64,000 bases of DNA, taken from NCBI RefSeq assembly GCF_001194135.2, contig NC_068989.1:62301466-62365465 (forward strand), in the 5' to 3' direction. The position numbers were made by a program, and so were the translations under genes. This stretch comes from Octopus bimaculoides. Its lineage: Eukaryota. Positions 1-12,605 of this stretch are shown here, piece after piece. Each line of letters begins with the position of its first letter. Position 1 is the stretch's first letter. The notes under the pieces are model-generated. The model did not search any database and had not been told where the DNA came from. It saw only the letters and a list, made by a program, of their open reading frames with translations.

Positions 1-139
1 TATATATATATACATATATATATATATTTATGTTTATATATATATGTATGTGTATATATATGCATATACATACTAATCCTTTGTGTTTTGTTTTATATGT
101 TACTACTGTCAGATGTTACTAGATATCTGCCATTCGATA

Positions 140-1300
140 TGCGACACTTTCAGAACTTGTAACCGCCTATAATGTATGGCATTTGGTAAATTAGTGAGAT
201 CCATGTTGCTCCCCACAAGTGCGCTTTCCGCAAGGTGTTACGTTTATAAAGAACCTTTGACAAAATGATATCTACACCATATAGGTATCTAATGCTTTGG
301 GAAAGACTATTGAAGAACTGTGGGCTCTTGCAATTCAAGCTGTTTTAGGATGTGATCCTTTGCTTTGATGGTGTTGTTGGGATCTTAGTCACAATGCAAT
401 GGCACCCCGTTCTGGTGATTGCGTCACTTTCAAAGCCAAAGTTTGATACCAGTTCTTTCATGACTTTTCAGATGCATTACTCCACCTCCTTCCCGCCTTC
501 GTCCTATGGAGTCTGAACATTTTCAGCTTGCTCCAGTAGCTGACCTATCACATTGAGACTTTCTTTTGCGTAGCTTCGTTTGATTGCTTCGAGTCCCGCC
601 GTGGAGTTTACGCTGTGTGTTGACCGTAGTAGGGAGCAGATGTCTAAGTGGCTGGGGACTAATGTCCCCCTGAGGACCATCATGTTTTCCTGTTCTCTCG
701 TTCTGATACATTTAAGGATCGATCGTGTCTGAATTGTTTGCCACCTTAGTAAGATGCACAAGTAACATGCTTCAATATTCATGTTAATGCCTAGATCCCA
801 CACTTATTTTAATTCAGTAAATGCCCAAAGATTCATGTCTGCATTTCACTCAGGTTAGCTTGCTAGTAGCGCAGTGCTTGGAATTTGGCAGCATTTAAAT
901 TTATTTTACTGTCCACAGCCCACCACTATATTGCGTTCTGCTCCTGCCGCTGGTGCGCAACATCTCCAGTCTTCTGTATCTTTTGAGAGGATTTTGTATC
1001 ATTTTCAGACGTTGCAAAGTTGGTTATGTGAGCAGCAGAGGGCAAGTCTGTGAGGGTGTGGTTGGGAGATTTAGCAGTAGAGGGAATTAGTATAATATGG
1101 CCAGGAAAATATGCTGTCAAGATGTTTTGGATCTTTCAGTGTACATATCGATCCTCCCAACTTACTGCGCCAACCAAATATATATTGGACATGTTTTCAT
1201 CAATTTCTCCATTTTTCCGAAATGCTTTAACTGCAGAATGGTTGCAAAGTAGGTGCATTTCCTTGCACATATTATGGTAACCTGAAAGTACGGGTGGGGC
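140..1300 (-). mobile_element. Decayed CR1-group LINE ORF2 fragment (RT C-terminal half)
   Basis: Minus-strand frames give LTDLPSAAHITNFATSENDTK (degenerate YADD region), LNAAKFQALRY, VWDLGINM, MMVLRGTLVPSHLDICSLL..AGLEAIKRS and CI*KVMKELVSNFG, in the order expected for a CR1-group RT C-terminus; many stops and frameshifts. Confidence 0.85.
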
Positions 1301-2368
1301 ATCACACACACACCCACAGACACACACAAACACACACACAGAGAAATGGACAAAAAGTCAGAGAATAGAGACGACGGACCGAGAGACAGAGGGAGAGATC
1401 GTAGACGCATGCTTTATATCCCTAAATTATAAATAATCATTGATCACATAAATAAATCCGTTTCTGAATATTGCCTGTTACTGAGGGAAATAATTCAATA
1501 CAATTCTGTTCAGTTTCCTGTATTGCGTTACGCGATAAATGATTTAGTAAGTAGATTAATTTGTTAAATAGAAATATAGATTGTAAGTATACATTATTTG
1601 TGTTCGCTATACTAAAAAATTTCGATGATGTTCAACTTATGATATTTTCTTAGATAAGTGCGGATATAAGCTACACCGATATACGATAATAATTCGGGGT
1701 TACATTCATTATCAAATAATGAAGTGTCCACGAGAACATAGTGTATGAAAGATATGATTTTACTGCATAAATATGCTTAGGTTAATTTTGTAAAACTGAG
1801 ACGGAGGTGAACATTTATAGGTTTGCATTTCGCGAAGAAATAAACTATATAAATGATAATATAGTGTTAGAGTCATTTACAAAATATTTATTAGATACTT
1901 CTTAACTTGAAACTCCTGACAATTTATAGACTAAAATCCCGCGATCACTGGTGGCTATCAATCTATTCCCAAAAATTTTTCTATAGAAATTAAGCACACA
2001 TTCGCATTCCTAAACCGATTATTTTCAATTAGTCTATGGGTACGATGATTTTGAAGAAACCCAAGGGAAGTAACTCAACACTAAGAATCGATATTAATTT
2101 GCATTGTTAATTACTAGTGTGATCATACTGGCTGATGGTTTCTGTATGCGAAAATCTTAATTCAATGCTCACTTCACTTTGCTATCTGCATTGAGCACAT
2201 TTACTTGTTTACAATATAAATGTTATAACCTAATACAGATGCGCATGCTCTCAGATGCAGTTTATGCTTTGCATGATTAGTGACAAAGTGCAGAAAATTT
2301 CGATTATATGATCATGGTAGACTAGGGATAAATTAGAAGCTATCTAATAATGAAATACAATTCTGCAG

Positions 2369-2404
2369 AATCACAGAGAGAAAAATACGATGATGCACCT
2401 AGTG
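2369..2404 (+). other. Candidate 36-nt micro-exon (phase 1-1)
   Basis: aattctgcag|AATCACAGAG...CACCTAGTG|gtgagg; open as xSQREKYDDAPS; splice signals only. Confidence 0.12.
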
Positions 2405-3316
2405 GTGAGGGAAATATTGTGTTTTTCTTTTCACTCGATAGTTAAATTTATATCATAACTAACATGTATATACTGACATATATATACATCTTTATACATG
2501 TGAGTGTATACCTTTGTGCGTGTGCATGTGCTTGTGCGTCCGTAAATCCATACAAATACTTATTGGAATATAGAAATGACAGTAGAGGAGAATATATGAG
2601 TTGATCTATAGAGTGCATACAATTCATAAATATTAGAGCAATTGACTGTCAGCAAGTGAGAATCAAACACGCACACACAGACACATTCACTCTCATGCTC
2701 ACAAACACACACGCACATGCACACACACACACACATATTTTTCTATTAATTATTTGGATTTAAAGGGTTTCAGTGTAATTAAAGTTAATCTAACTGTAAG
2801 CTTTCTCCCTCACCTATATATGTACTGTGCGAAAATATTCTATTTCTTGCCTCAGCATTAATTCTGAAAATATGGTCTACCTTCAGTAAACATTCTGCCT
2901 GTTTAATATATATAACTGTAGTAGAATAAGAGGAAATGACTCCGATGATATGTAAGAGATAAAATTTAATTTAAATTTAGTTGTTATTGCAAGTCCAACT
3001 ACCTTGAAGAACAGGTTGCAATTTCTGTTACTTATTCTATTGGCAGCCTCTTAAGTTTAGAATTTTGTAGCACTTATGTGCATATATATACATATATATA
3101 ACCAGTTCAATATATTTTCCTTTACCACTCAACTGAATGTTTTAATAATTTAATGTATGTTTTTTTTATATACATGTATGTTTGTGGGTTTGGGCATGGG
3201 TAATGGAAAGTGTGACTATAATCTTAATAATAACAATCAGTGAGTACAGTAGATATTATTGTAAACGTTTTTTGACATCGATATTAATTTTCGGCCCACT
3301 GTATATCCCTATCGCA

Positions 3317-3366
<50 letters not shown>

Positions 3367-3398
3367 ACACGCGCACACACATATATACACACGCGCAC

Positions 3399-3452
<54 letters not shown>

Positions 3453-4563
3453 CTATATATGCCACAATTTAAAACGTGTGGCTTATTAGGAATTAGAACC
3501 TAAATATATATACACGTGTTTCTGCTGCATAAGTGTCCTAATATCCCTCGACGTAGCATCTATATACATTTAGTTTGTTCGGTTGCAGTATATATTCAGA
3601 CAGACTAGAAATAGTTATGTATCGTTGTTCTAATTTAAACCCATGAGACCGAGTGAAGAGACCATGTTTTACTGTAATAAACAAATTTTCAAGGAATATA
3701 ATTCTCCATTCTTATTTATAATGTCTTGTATATAAATTCTGTATGCTACATAAATCCAAGGAAGTGGAATCAGGATTTACCTATCGAGTGAAGGATCATG
3801 TAATTACTTATCTTAAGCAACTCTATGTGTTCCCTATCAGCCAATCTGATTAGCCTGAACCTGGATGATATGAGAGTACTAACAATGTATCGGCCCGATA
3901 CCAAATATTTATTCCTTTACGTATTGGACAATTAAATATCAGGCAAATATCGAACAAAGTTTAAATAGTCTATGGCAGTTGAAACTAAATGCAGTTCCAG
4001 ACTAATGTACGCATTTGAACATAGGAATGTATGTGTTCATCTATGACGTTATTCTATTTTGTTTCAAGATGTCATGCCATTAGAGAAAGAGGTGGCTTCT
4101 AACCTGGTTACGAGGCTCCTTTATTGGGATTTCACCATCCACAACAGTGTATTTTTTATGTATGTATAAGTGTAGATTTGCATATTTTGTGTTGTGTATG
4201 TATTCTGATGCATATAGTTGCATATCTACACATGGTCATATATATTTAAATGATAAACTCCTGGAAGGTTTTACTGAATTTCACAGTTATAACTGTAACC
4301 TTTGAACTAGCTTTACCCTTTATATGAACTCAACGAACACTGCTAATTTTCAGAGGTGGATCCAATGAAAACTATATCGTAGTTGAGGATGACATCAAGT
4401 AGACCCAAACAGTGAATGTGCTTAATCGAAATATTTCTAGACATATACCCAATCTCCAAATAGTTACAAATTTATTTATCTATCTATCTATCTATCTAGA
4501 CATACATACATATTTATATATATATATATTAGTGTATACACACACACACACACACACACACGC

Positions 4564-4627
<64 letters not shown>

Positions 4628-5584
4628 GTGTATATACTTTATCATTTGAGACTGCAGTCAATCATTTTTGAATGTCGAAAAAGAAATAGGAAGAAGCATA
4701 AGAGACTTTCATAAGAATTTCTTCTACGATTCTATTATTCCAGACACGAGATTGTATTTTTTAAAGAAGAAGAACAATATAAAATCAAAACAAGAGAAAG
4801 TTTCAAATTCTATGAAAAATGCCATTGTCCGCTACATGCCATGCCACTTCCATTTAAGTCTTGGACAGCAAAATATCAGAGAAATATCGGACGAAATTAA
4901 AATAGTCTGTGACTCTTGGTACACAGTTCCTCTTGAGATTCTAGACGCAGTTCCAGATTAATTATGTCTTCTATGGCACAAAAACAAAAATGTAAGGAAA
5001 AAATTGTGACAGCATCTATTTTATTATTCTTTGTTTCCATTATTATTTGGCAATTTCTCTTTTCTTATTTTCGTTTTCCTTTCTTTTAAATAAATGAATC
5101 AAATGTAGTTTTACTTTACTTTTGTGCTTTCTACCTGGAAAGGTTCTTCTCTAAAGAAATTAATCTAATCAAGTATTTTGGCAAACATTCACACATATTC
5201 ACTATCCTAAGCTGACCACGTCATGACAATGTCTGGAAAGTTCACTCACTGTCCGCCGTCAAGCCGTCAACATCTACTTGGCAACTCCATTAATTTTTGT
5301 TTCTTCTACATATCTTTTTCCACTTGCTTACTGTTGCCGTTGCTGTCATCATGACTATCGTCACCGTATACATCAGCATTATCATCTTCAACATCTTCAC
5401 CAACATTAGCAGATACACGATTATTATTTTCTTCTTTTCTACACATTCCTTCACAGCCTAGTTTCCAATTCCGTTCATCTTTTTCTTTTCATTCCTTTTC
5501 TTCTCCTTCGTCTTCCTCTTGTTTGTTTTATTTTTCTTCTTGTTTTTTTTTTATATATTTTTCTATTTATTTCTTCTACTTTTT

Positions 5585-5674
5585 TCTCTTCTTCTTCTTC
5601 TTCTTCTTCTTCTTCTTCTTCTTCTTCTTCTTCTTCTTCTTCTTCTTCTTCTTCTTCTTCTTCTTCTTCTTCTT
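5585..5674. repeat. (TCT)n microsatellite
   Basis: Long TCT run; source of the poly-E/poly-L ORFs. Confidence 0.97.
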
Positions 5675-6882
5675 CCACACTGGCTTCATAGATTTTCTCT
5701 GATATTACGCCCAATCTTCCATACCAGGCCATCACATATCGAATTATTGTCTTCTCTATTATAATTATAGTGCCTCGGTGATATCTTCCTTCTGCTAAGG
5801 AAAGTTTCCGTCATTCTACAGCGCCATTTCATAAAAAATTACCAATCCACATGAACAAACACATACATACAAACACATACACACACACTCACACCCACCC
5901 ATACAATACACACACACACACACACACATGTATATATGCATGTATGTATACATGTATGTGTGTGCGTGTGTGTATGAGTGCACATATATAAATGTGTACA
6001 ATTAACATACTTTCACTTATTGTAGTAAATGATGATCTTACAGCTGTCTTTTATTCTCGTACATATAATCTTGCAGCATGAGTTCCTTAATAAGACCTGA
6101 TCTTTCATGTAAAATATTCTAACATGGCGATTACTATCAGATTATGTGTGTTACATTGCTGGACATTGCTAAAATCTTCAAGCTTTCGACAATGGTACAA
6201 ATACGACACAAAACAAACGTCGTAGGCAGGCGGATTTCTCAGAAGCTGGGTATATGTTAAAATTGCTGTTTCGTTGTCACATCATCTGCAGTTTATAGCA
6301 TTAAAATCTGCTTGAAATGGGATTACCTTTTTCTGAAAAGGGAACTACGTATCTACTGGTTTCACTGAAAAGAGATGAAACAGCCGGGAATGGAAGTCTA
6401 TTGATCTGCACTGTCAGCATGCGCGTGGGCGAAATAAAAAAGAACTGGAAAATAACTTTTATCACAACAACAAGCGACACCTTTTGTTTCATGTAACATT
6501 TAATAGTTAGAGAGAAACTTTGTTCAAGAACACGGATGAAAATTAAAGAAGTAACACAAGAGTCCATTAATCTTCCTCTAGTGATATTTTATCAAAAACA
6601 CCCGAGCCGTTACATTCCTGCATTCATTTTCATACATAGGAGACGAAGACAATCACGTGTGTCTGGGCGCGCGCCTGTGTGTGTGTCTGTATGCATGTTG
6701 ATGCGTGTATATATATATATATATATATNNNNNNNNNNNNNNNNNNNNNNNNNNNNNNNNNNNNNNNNNNNNNNNNNNNNNNNNNNNNNNNNNNNNNNNN
6801 NNNNNNNNTATATATATACCATTTAAATTTATATGCATTCTTATGTATGTGTGTGTGTAGTTAAATAACGTTTCACACTTTC

Positions 6883-7082
6883 GCACAAAGCCACCAAGTT
6901 CTTAGGCGGGGTTTAAGCCGATTAAATCCACCCCAATGCTCAAATACTAGTAAATGTATCAACATCGAAAGTATGAAAGGCAAAGTAGACCTCGACGGCA
7001 TTTTAACTTAGAAAGTAAAGACAGACGGGATGCCGCTAAGCATTTTCTCCTGTATTCTAAATATACTGCTAGATCGCCACCT
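6883..7082 (-). mobile_element. tRNA-derived SINE family B, near full length
   Basis: Reverse complement aligns with copies at 34862, 47771 and 61585 (GGCGATCTAGCAG head; GAGGTCTACTTTGCCTTTCAT core). Confidence 0.85.
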
Positions 7083-7783
7083 TTGTGCATTTAAATAATA
7101 ACACAACTTTTTCTGTCTATTTATTTGTTTTTATCTTTGTATTCATAGCATGCACATCTTGTTTCTGCATATTTGGTTTTCTTTTCATCTGATGCACGTT
7201 TAATGTATGTTTTTAACTATGTTTTCTTATCGGTGTATTTAATTTTTTGCCTGTAGGCGTATCTCGTCTATCAGTTTCTTCTGAGAACAGCTAGCATGCA
7301 AGAACCACACTGATATATATTGTTATAAGGCTAAGTATAATGGTGAAGTGAAATAGCGTGGTGCTTGTTCAAAAAGTCACTTAAGGATGTGCATTCTACA
7401 CCTGTATTGCCAGACAATACAACGTACAATACGCTACCTATGAGTTACAGGTACAGAATGTGTCGAAACGTTTGTAGTGAATCTGAATAAAGAATCTGGA
7501 GAATTCCTTTTTCCGTCTTTGAAGTATTTATGGGTATATAATATATATACATACGTGTATCTGTGTGTATGTGTGTGAGTGTGTCTCTATGTGTGTATGT
7601 GTGTGTGTGTGTGTGTGTATGTTCGTGTGTACGTTGGTGTGTGTATGAACAGTTCCTCAAAATTGGCACCCCTGTAGATAATTTCTTTCATTACCTGCCA
7701 AAATTTTTAATTATTTTTTTCATTGATAATGTTTCTAAATATTCGAAGCTAAAATTCGTACAATATTCAAAGGACTTACAACT

Positions 7784-7833
<50 letters not shown>

Positions 7834-8132
7834 AGCAAACCAATAGACATATATGTAACTGAATAACAAATACGAACCGACATAAATTCAGTGTTAAAAT
7901 ACTACTGTCGCTCTTTGGTACTTCAGTTCTCACTTCCATATAAAAACGATGTCATTAAATATCAAAACACATTGTTATATATCACAATGGCATGTATCTG
8001 ATATGCTTCTATGCTTTTTAGAATGCTTCCTAATAAACACACATACAAATAAAGCCATATATACATATATCTCTATATATTTACATATCTATCTATCTCT
8101 ATGTCTCTTTCTTTCCCTTCCTCTCACTTTCT

Positions 8133-8166
<34 letters not shown>

Positions 8167-8599
8167 CATACATGTATGCATGAAAGTGGTGTGTAATTAT
8201 GTATGTTTATAGACACATATATGCAGACTAACATACACCTATGTATAAGTGTTAGTGTGCGTGCCCTACATCTTTCCTTGTCTGCGTAGCTGCGTTGATT
8301 TGGGTGTTGGTGTGTCATTTTACAAATAATATTAATATAAATATCATTTATATTTTACGTTTTCTTTTGTTTTGTTATTTTGTGTCCCTTTTGTGAAATA
8401 AAAGTGTCAATACCAAGACAGGGGACTCTATCTGGAATTTGTTGATAACATGCTGATCGTGTCTACATGACATGTTCCGATCGTGTCCAATGTGTAGTTT
8501 TTGCCTTTTCTCTTAGCAAAATTTTTGTCATTTCTGTCAATTTATTTAACAAACTGATTTATTAACATTTTCTATCACTCACTTACATGACATTTTACT

Positions 8600-8621
8600 A
8601 TTACTGTTTATCAACATCATC

Positions 8622-8675
<54 letters not shown>

Positions 8676-8685
8676 GTCATCATCA

Positions 8686-8778
<93 letters not shown>

Positions 8779-8825
8779 TCATTAGTATTATTATTATTAT
8801 TATTATTGTTGTTATTATTATCATT
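8600..8825. repeat. Compound (CAT)n(ATT)n(AGT)n microsatellite
   Basis: Directly visible trinucleotide blocks, abutting the 3' end of an R4/Dong fragment. Confidence 0.97.
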
Positions 8826-8849
8826 AATAATATGAGTATGGTTATTATT

Positions 8850-9265
8850 GTATTGTTTGCTTTGGTATATTCTGTTGTCAGAGGTTTCGCAGGGTCTCTT
8901 TCACCCTATTATAAGCTTTCCTACTTGGTTGTTATTATTCCTCAGATACGCGCAACAGATTAGATTGTTGCAAATGAAAAAAAAAATCATAACATCGTGC
9001 AATAACAAGTAGCATCAAATGCCAAGAACCCTCGTAAGCATCCTAGTTGTCCTTAATAACAGTTTTCTGGAGCTCTACTAAATTAGGCTTTATGCCTATT
9101 TCCCCTATCCTTCTGTTCGAATCACTAGGACTAGTTCTCAATACATCTATGACTACAGGGACACATTTTGCCCGCATTTTCCATAGTCTTCGTAATTTAT
9201 TTGCTATTTTGTCCGTAATTCTCATATTGATTTTTCCATCATTTGGGAGGGTAAAGTCAATTATT
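8850..9265 (-). mobile_element. R4/Dong-clade LINE 3' fragment (RLE C-terminus + 3'UTR)
   Basis: QIIDFTLPNDGKINMRITDKIANKLRRLWKMRAKCVPVVIDVLRT...LVELQK resembles the RLE C-terminal pattern (IIDVAIP...K.EKY..L...W...IPVVIGALG...IQK). Confidence 0.75.
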
Positions 9266-9267
9266 TG

Positions 9268-9342
9268 ATACTTACTACTACTACTACTATTGCTGCTGCT
9301 GCTGCTGCCACTACTACTACTAGCATTACAACAACAACAGCG

Positions 9343-9389
<47 letters not shown>

Positions 9390-9455
9390 AATACTACTGC
9401 TGCTGCTGTTGATGCTGATGCTACTACTATTACTACTATTACAACAACAACAGCA

Positions 9456-9486
<31 letters not shown>

Positions 9487-9490
9487 AAAG
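9268..9490. repeat. Compound (ACT)/(GCT)/(ACA) microsatellite
   Basis: Directly visible. Confidence 0.95.
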
Positions 9491-9789
9491 TGGCATTCTA
9501 GCTTGAATTATTCTGTCAGCATGAATGTTAAAAGTCCCACAACTTCTATTTCTTACTTTCTACTACTTTACTAGGTTCATGTTCATACCATTTATCAGTA
9601 TGTTCAAATCCTAACTTTCTACATAACCCCCCACAGGATTACTCTCTCTACGTTGAAACTCACCGTATACACTGGTAGCCCGTTAAAATAAACACAGCAC
9701 ATTGTTCACTTACAAAGTTATGTGATGCAGAAAAAGGAGAAGAAAGGAGAAAAAAGAAGAAAGAAACTGGAAAAAGAAAAGGAAAAAAT

Positions 9790-10045
9790 GTTAACAAGAG
9801 AATAGTATTATTTATTACGGAGATGTACTTGCATAGCAAGTGACCTGATCTGAGATCATGTGCTGGAACGAAAGCAATTGTAGCGTGGAAGGTGTTTATA
9901 AGCCATTTAAGAAACACAAAACCTATGAGATTCACTTCAACATTTAAATTTAATTTGCCAAAATATTTCCGTCGCTTTGATACCGTGACCTGTTCACTGA
10001 CAAAATTAAATTTAAATGTTGAAGTGAATCTAACGGTTTTAGTAT
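9790..10045. mobile_element. Penelope-type pseudo-LTR-like repeat with ~30-bp inverted arms
   Basis: Arms agattcacttcaacatttaaatttaattt (about 9928-9956) and aaattaaatttaaatgttgaagtgaatct (10002-10031) enclose a hammerhead-like motif; Penelope assignment is inference. Confidence 0.55.
9954..10004 (-). ncRNA. Minimal type-I hammerhead-like motif, G3:C8 core variant (decayed)
   Basis: UUUGUCA GUGAACA g GUCAC ggUaUcaaa GCGAC GGAA AUAU U U UGGCAAA: stem I, core, stem II, palindromic stem III (AAUAUU); A13G and one stem II mismatch in this copy. Confidence 0.45.
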
Positions 10046-10074
10046 TATTTAATATTATTATTATTGTATGATTG

Positions 10075-11290
10075 ACTTTTGCTTTGTAATTGTAGAAGTT
10101 GATTCCAAGTTTCACCCAGAGACCTCAAAAGACAACAAGTTAGAGGTTCAAGGTGGTAGTATGCCCATTTGGATTTGCACAGAGTATTGTTCTAGAGGAT
10201 GTTTAAGAATACATAAGAATATTATAAGTTTGCTTTAAAATTTTACATGTGAGATGTGATCATTTTCAGGGGCTGGATGTGGTTTCTGTTCCCACCAGTT
10301 TTTATGATGAGGTAAGTCCAAGGTTTTGCAAGTTACCCAGTGAATATACTGTGCTGCTCTATCATGTCTTTTGAGATAGATTGTAGGCACAAGAAGACTG
10401 CACATGTAGACAACATGATCAATGGTTTCATTTTGTTCTTATATGACATTTGGGCAACTGCCGTTCTTCAATATGTTTGCCTGGTAGTTTCTTGTATGTA
10501 GGCATTGGTATTGGGCTGCTAAGATGAATCCTTCTGTTTCGAGTTTTAAGCCAGAAAACACTAACTATTGAGGAGTAAGGGCTTTGTCAACATTATTAGC
10601 TCTGTTTGGGTATTTTCCATTGAGAGTTTTTTTTTTGCCATTTATCAGTAAGAAAATCTAAGGCAGCAGTTTTAGCACGGGTTCTCATACGCTTAGCTTT
10701 TTCTGTGCTTGTTTCTAGTACGTCTAATTCTGAGACTTGTTGTATTTGGAATTCTCTTAGATATTCTTTGCCTGCTTTGTTACTGAGAATGGTGCTTGGT
10801 TGTTTTCATGCTTTGAGACAAGTTTTAACATCCAGTCAACAGAATTTTTCAGATAGATGATGATTTCAGATGATGATTCTCGCAATCTTCATTGTGAGTT
10901 CCAGTTATAAAAGTCCATCGCAATCCTTTTTTCTTGGAAGGTAAGGCTGTTCTATATCTGCCTGAGGGTGTTGCATTATCAACAACGTTCATATTTTCTG
11001 TCAAGATTACATATTTCAGTAATTGAGCAGTTAATGATATTGAAACTGTAAGTCACGGCCGGTATGGCTAAAATATTGATCGCTTCGATCCTGTTCCTTG
11101 CATTCAGCTCTATCTAGATTATTGCCCTTACCCTGCGATAGCATTCTCTTCTGATCCTTTCCCCTCATCATTGAATGTTTGATTCCATCACATTCAAATA
11201 TCCCTCGGTATTTGAAGCTCTCCGCTGGTTCTAACTTCTTTATGACATTCTACTCATCCCACTCAAAACGTCTTGGAATAAAGGATTTTA
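10075..11290 (-). mobile_element. R4/Dong-clade LINE fragment (post-RT region, CCHC knuckle, internal deletion, 3'UTR)
   Basis: Minus frames: FKYRGIFECDGIKHSMM, ELNARNRIEAINILAIP, HPQADIEQPYLPRK, SGLKLETEGFILAAQYQCLHTRNYQANI, NETIDHVVYMC, HDRAAQYIHW; all typical R4/Dong ORF motifs, with frameshifts. Confidence 0.9.
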
Positions 11291-11419
11291 AAGGGTTTTG
11301 ATAGAAACACGAATGTGAATTATTCGAAACCCCAAGGTTAATTAGCCAAACCTCAAAGCATTCCTTGCAACAAATAGCTATGATTCACCTCCACTACTTC
11401 TGCTCGTTATCAGAGATAC

Positions 11420-11421
11420 AC

Positions 11422-11460
<39 letters not shown>

Positions 11461-11484
11461 GATTATTATTATTATTATTATTAA

Positions 11485-11537
<53 letters not shown>
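11420..11537. repeat. (ATT)n(AGT)n tract, tail of adjacent R4/Dong 3' end
   Basis: Directly visible; abuts a 3'UTR copy. Confidence 0.95.
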
Positions 11538-11538
<1 letters not shown>

Positions 11539-11695
11539 GTTTGACTTTTGCTTTGTATTTGTACAAGTTGACTCCAAGTCTCAACAAGAGACCGCAAGAG
11601 ACAAGAAGTCAGTAGTTCAAGTTGGTGTTATGAATAAGGTGTCATATATTTCGTTTTACGCAGAATATTGTTCTAGAGAATATCTGTCAAAACTT
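11538..11695 (-). mobile_element. R4/Dong 3' end copy
   Basis: Aligns with 10075-10210 (ttgacttttgctttgta..aagttga.tccaagt..caagagacc..tattgttctagag). Confidence 0.8.
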
Positions 11696-11799
11696 AAGTA
11701 AATTAGAAGTTCGTTTTAAAAGGAATTTGATTATAAGATCATAGTATGATGCTAAGATGACAGTAAAAGTTGTTTGCTGTTATGTGCATTTAAAAGTAA

Positions 11800-12140
11800 T
11801 TTGGCACTGTTTACGGTTTAAAATATTTGGGGGATTACATAGACAATACTTTATGTAGGATATAATCAGTTCCCATGAGCACTATGTTTTGTATGTCTTC
11901 CATTTTTGAATTTCCTGTTATCTGGGTCACATTGCAATTATTCCCTTTTCCTATCATTCCTAGGGTACCTATGACAACAGGTATTGTTTTAATCATTAAG
12001 TTCTAAATTTTGCAAATTTCTATTTCTATTTCTATTTCTATTTATACTTGCTCAGTCTTTTGGTATGTCTTGACACATACATTTATGTCATTCATATCGA
12101 TGATTTTTGTCTAACCTCCTTCAAAAACAATGTCTGAAGG
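11800..12140 (-). mobile_element. R4/Dong ORF C-terminal fragment
   Basis: INVCVKTYQRLSKYK...IKTIPVVIGTLGMIGKG...ITGNSKMEDIQNIVLMGTDYILHKVLSM*. Confidence 0.88.
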
Positions 12141-12374
12141 ACTTCAGTGAAAAATCTTGCCTCCTCATCAACATGACTGTCCCAGTCGACATCAGTGCAT
12201 CTATCAAGACCTACCAAAAAACTGAGCATGTTTAAAGATCTTGAAATAGAAGCTGGAAAATGTGGAAACTCAAAACAAAAACTATACCTAGGTGCCTTAG
12301 GAATGATAGCAAAAGGGGCTGATTGATACCTAGCTCAGATAACAGAAAATCTAGAACCGGAAGACATTCAGATG

Positions 12375-12375
<1 letters not shown>
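12128..12375 (+). mobile_element. R4/Dong ORF C-terminal fragment, head-to-head with previous
   Basis: LKDFSEKSCLLINMTVPVDISASIKTYQKLSMFKDLEIEAGK...LGALGMIAKGAD*YLAQITENLEPEDIQ (frameshifted). Confidence 0.88.
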
Positions 12376-12377
<2 letters not shown>

Positions 12378-12407
<30 letters not shown>

Positions 12408-12425
12408 CTTCTTCTTCTTCTTCTT

Positions 12426-12505
<80 letters not shown>

Positions 12506-12518
12506 TACTATTATTATT

Positions 12519-12555
<37 letters not shown>

Positions 12556-12605
12556 GTAGTAGTAGTAGTAGTAGTAGTAGTAGGAGGAGGAGGAGGAGGA
12601 GGAGG
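12378..12605. repeat. Compound (TCT)(ATT)(CAT)(AGT)(GGA) microsatellite
   Basis: Directly visible. Confidence 0.97.
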
